Shown one piece after another: positions 36,050 to 40,154 of a DNA stretch of 40,154 bases. The stretch's first letter is position 1; every line of letters starts with the position of its first letter. The position numbers were made by a program, and so were the translations under genes. Under the pieces are notes generated by a model. It was given only the letters and a program-made list of their open reading frames with translations. It had not been told where the DNA came from and did no database searches. The stretch lies in NCBI RefSeq assembly GCF_006345805.1, contig NW_021835454.1, positions 1 through 40,154 of the forward strand, read 5' to 3'. The DNA comes from Octopus sinensis (lineage: Eukaryota).

Positions 36050-38740
36050 TGTTGTTGGCATCCCTTTTGTCTCGGGATACAATGGAGTTGCACATAAAAT
36101 AATCTAGTCCGGCTTTTACATTTCATGTTCTAATATATCTCTTGCTGTGGCTGTGTAGTCATATCCTGGACAAACACTCCCTCTGGCAGGTGCCACAAAA
36201 GTAGCGAAGACTTTACCTGCCTAGTTTTAATGTCATAGTTTTTTGTTGACGTCTTTTCTTGTCTTTCCATTTCTCCTCTTTCTCTATGTCACTCCTTTGT
36301 GTTCCCTCTTTTACGGTACATCGCCAATCTCCACGGCTGCTGGCAACTGCTTCCCAGTTGGTAATATTGATGTTGCAGGCATTCATGTCCCTTTTGCAAA
36401 CATCCTTGTATCGTAAGAACGGTCTTCCCACAGACCTAGTGCCATTAGCAAGCTCTCCGTAGAGTATGTCCTTGGGGATTCTGCCATCTTCCATACGGCT
36501 AACATGTCCAAGCCTTCTCATATGTCTTTGTGTGAGGAGTGCAAACATACTTGGTATTCCTGCTTGCTTGAAGACATCTTTGTTGGGGATATGATTCTGC
36601 CATTTGATGCGAAGGATTTTCTGGAGGCAGCGCAGGTGAAAGATATTTAGGCGACGCTCTTGGCGTGTGTATGGCGTCCGAGTCTCACTTCCACACAGTA
36701 GCATGCTAAGTACACATGCCTGGTAAATCTTCATTTTTGTGGTCTTGGTCAGCTTATTTTTGTCCCATGCCCGTTTGGAGAGTTGGGCCATCACAGCAGC
36801 TGCCTTGCCAATGCGTATATTGAGCTCAGCATCAAGGGATAGGTTGCAGGTGACGGTAGAGCCAAGATAGGTAAACTTCTCCACCTCCTGTTGTCTGTGG
36901 TCTCCAATATATATGTTTGGGATGTCCGATGTAGCCTGACCCATGATGTTGGTCTTCTTGAGGCTGATAACTAAGTCAAAGTCGCTACATGCTTGCTCAA
37001 AACAGTTGATGAACCTTTGTAGGGCTTCTTCTGTGTGTGATACCAGAGCGGTATCATCAGCAAATAGCATCTACTTGATCAGGACGCTTCTGATTTTGGT
37101 CTTGGCATAAATACGCGAGAGATTGAACAGTTTCCTGTCACTTCTACTGCGCAGAAACGCTCCATCATCTGATGTCTCAAAGGCATGCGACAGCAGCAGC
37201 GAGACGAAGATGCCAAATAATGTAGGATCAAGGACACAACCTTGCTTTACCCCGTTTTTTATTTGGAAGGCGGCTGATGTTGAACCATTGTGCTGTATGG
37301 TGCCTTGCATATCATCATGGAAAGATTTGATGAACCTCAGCAGCTTTGGTGGATATCCGATTTTTTGGAGCAGGATGAAGAGGCCTTTTCTACTTACCAA
37401 GTCAAAAGCCTTTATCTGATCAATGAAGGCCATATATAATGGCATTTTCTGCTCTCTGGACTTCTGAAGTTGACGTATGGAGAATATCATGTCAATAGTT
37501 GATCTGCTTCTTCTAAAGCCACACTGCGATTCTGGATAATATTCGAGAAGCAAGCAGTTGTAACCTGGACAGGATAACGCGAGCAAAGGCCTTTCCAACA
37601 GTGCTTAGAAGAGATATTCCACGGTAATTGTTACAATCAACACGGTCACCTTTGTTTTTGTAAAGCGTAATGATGTTAGCATCCCGCATATCCTGAGGGA
37701 CTGTACTCTCTTCCCAGCACTGACACAGAAGCTCATGAAGATACCGAAGCAGGATGGTGTTTTTGCCGGTTTTGATGATCTCTAAGGGGATGCCATCTTT
37801 TCCCAGAGCCTTGTTACTTGCTAGGGAGTCAATAGCCTTGGTGAGCTCTGCTACAGATGGCAGACTGTCAAGTTCACACATGACTGGCAAGATCTTGACA
37901 CCCTCGATTGCAGCCTCAGCTACCGTGGTCTCCCGTGAGTAGAGATCCTGGTAGTACTCCAACCATCTATCCATTTGCTTGCTTTGGTCCTTGATGAGAT
38001 CTCCAGTAGTTGATTTCAAAGGGGCTGACTTGGTTGCGGATGGACCGAGGGCCTTCTTCAAACTGGCATACATCCCACGGGTGTCGCCACTGTTAGCAGC
38101 TGACTGGATACTCTGACAGATTTCCTGCCAATACCTATTTGCACAGCGTCTGGTAGTCAGTTGGGTTTTAATCCTTGCCTTTCTGAGTTCTTCAAGTGAC
38201 TTTGTAAAAGAATCACTCTTGTATTGCATCAGAGCTACATGCTTTGCTTCGATAACTGTTTCCAGCTGTGAGAGACCAGCACTGAACCAATCTGGGTTTT
38301 GCCTTTCTCTCATGCCGAAAGTATCTGTTGATGTGGTATACAAAGCTTCCCTGATATAATTCCACCTACTTTCATCAGAGGAAGTTGGGCAGCTAATGAG
38401 GGCAACCTTGATAGAAACAGCAAAACATTTTCGCAGCGTAGGGTCCGAGGTTCAGGCAGTGTTAATGCGTGGTCGGCCCATTTTCTTGGAGTGATGGACT
38501 TTGTTAGGCAGAATCCTCACCCTGTTTTACATAGTGAATGATCTTATTAGTGAATTCAGAAAGGATCTTCGTGTAATGATGAGATCCAGCTGATGCCAGT
38601 GGCGAGATCTTGGGTGTCTCCAAAATGCCTTGTGGGATGTCTTGTTGGCAAAGACTTTGTTGGTGATGTGATGCAGAGGTTACGGTATGTGCAAAATTCA
38701 AGTAGTCTCTGACCATTGTCATTCATGTTGCCATACCAAA
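36050..38740 (-). mobile_element. RTE/BovB-like LINE, 5'-truncated, decayed ORF
   Basis: APE end (NDNGQRLLEFC), NYRGISLLS, PESQCGFR, GVKQGCVL, RSDRKLFNL and LFADD motifs. In-frame TAG at 37071-37073 plus frameshifts. 3' end CGAGACAAAAGGGATGCCAACAACA. Confidence 0.93.
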
Positions 38741-38894
38741 ACACATACACTTACATATCTATCATACATATATATACGATTGATTTGTTTCAGTTCCTGT
38801 CTACAAAATCCATATATATATTATATATATATATTATATATATATAATATATATATATATATATACATATGTATGTATGTACACACACACACAC

Positions 38895-38933
<39 letters not shown>

Positions 38934-38942
38934 ACACACACA

Positions 38943-39328
38943 CAAAGATAAATTGATAGATACAACTGAGTGGGCAAACAAAAATATGAGACACTGCGTA
39001 GTGCTTTTTATATTTTGATAAGCCTGGTACTTATTCTATCATTTTCTTCTTGTGAAACCAGTAAGTTATGGGAATGTAAATAAACGAACACCAGTTGGGA
39101 AGCGGTGATGAGGGAGAAACACATAGACACACACATAGACTTACATATATGCATACATATACATATAATTGATTTCTTTCAGTTTCTGTCTACAAAATCC
39201 GCTTACAAGGCTTTGGTTGGTCTGAGGCTATAGCAGAAGAAACATGCCAAGTTACCACACAGTGGGACTGAACTGAGGACCATGTGTTTTGGAACGAAGT
39301 TTGTTACCACACAGCCACACCTGCACCT
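38943..39328 (-). mobile_element. CORE-like SINE with variant head; its body is duplicated at 35779-36041
   Basis: Minus-strand head AGGTGCAGGTGTGGCTGTGTGG and B box GTTCAGTCCC. Confidence 0.7.
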
Positions 39329-39789
39329 ATGTATGTGTGTATGGGTGTATATATGTATGCATGTAAATATATGTATATATATGTGTACGTATTACATGTA
39401 CATCTATATATACATATATATACATATACATCTAGACATGCATGTATATCTATAGAAATACATCTATACATATACAGCTATACATATACATGTATACATA
39501 TACAGCTATATTTATACATGTATATATATATATATATATACATATATATCGCTAATAGGTTAAATGAGATATACCTGTCTCCATGGCCGAAACAGCTGTC
39601 AGCTACAATGTAAATGTATTTTTATGTCTTGTTATTTATTTAGTTTATATTTCACCATATTGATTGTAATTATTGTACTGTATTAATGTATAATATCTTT
39701 GCTATTGTGTAGTGTTTAATAAATTATTGAGCGGTATTATCTGATAGTTGATGATTGATTTAGATATATTTCTCCATTTTCTCATTTTG

Positions 39790-39823
<34 letters not shown>

Positions 39824-39845
39824 ATTATATATATATATATATATA

Positions 39846-40154
39846 CTAGCTCAGGTGACCCGCTCTACGCGCGGGTAAGAGTGTGGTTCTTACTTTCTGT
39901 CTTTTATCACCACATTCTCCCTCTTTGTTTCTCTCTCCTTTCTCTCTCACTTTCCCACTCTCTTACTCTTCCTTTCTCTTGGACTCTCCCTCACTTTCTC
40001 TTACTCTCATCTTTCTCTATCTATCTCTCTCCCATTTATAAACAACAAAAGATCTTGAGTAAGTTGAGAAAGTAAAATATTTTGAAAGATCAATCATAAA
40101 TATCAGGCAGTGACAACGGAAAGGTCTGCTTCAAGGCAGACAGCAAACACTAAC
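39846..40154 (-). mobile_element. Helitron-like element, same family as 15180-15636, running off the window edge
   Basis: Minus strand: ACCCGCGCGTAGAGCGGGT hairpin plus CTAG|T, with a colinear GA-rich body. Confidence 0.75.

Noticed and set aside
37071-37073. In-frame TAG before LFADD rescued by A-to-I editing (TAG to TGG)
   Set aside because: The same LINE has further frameshifts and is 5'-truncated, so read-through could not give a functional protein.

Overview
AT-rich, microsatellite-dense eukaryotic DNA. The SINE, LINE and Helitron families and the repeat landscape look like an Octopus (cephalopod) genome; this is an inference from recalled repeat consensus. The only host gene is the 3' part of a divergent chitin synthase (GT2) on the + strand. 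I reconstructed seven exons by hand from splice sites, phases and motifs: 1306-2065, 5394-5549, 7423-7682, 16657-16887, 23834-24045, 27778-27862 and 28195-28646. All catalytic motifs are present (DxD, Qx[26 protein letters not shown]). The gene has an unusually long Ser/acidic insert in the catalytic domain, a polybasic micro-exon, a compact C-terminus and one apparent 1-nt frameshift at the exon 3/4 junction. Introns and the 3' flank are filled with mobile DNA: a near-complete mariner, a 58-bp mariner-derived MITE, a cluster of R4/Dong-like RLE retrotransposon pieces separated by (TAA)n, an RTE/BovB-like LINE with an apparent ~75-80 bp target-site duplication, Helitron-like elements, many tRNA-derived SINEs (one with its Pol III A-box head amplified 18 times), Penelope-type minimal hammerhead-like motifs and a ~420-bp foldback. 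All coordinates and alignments were done by eye without tools, so repeat boundaries are approximate.
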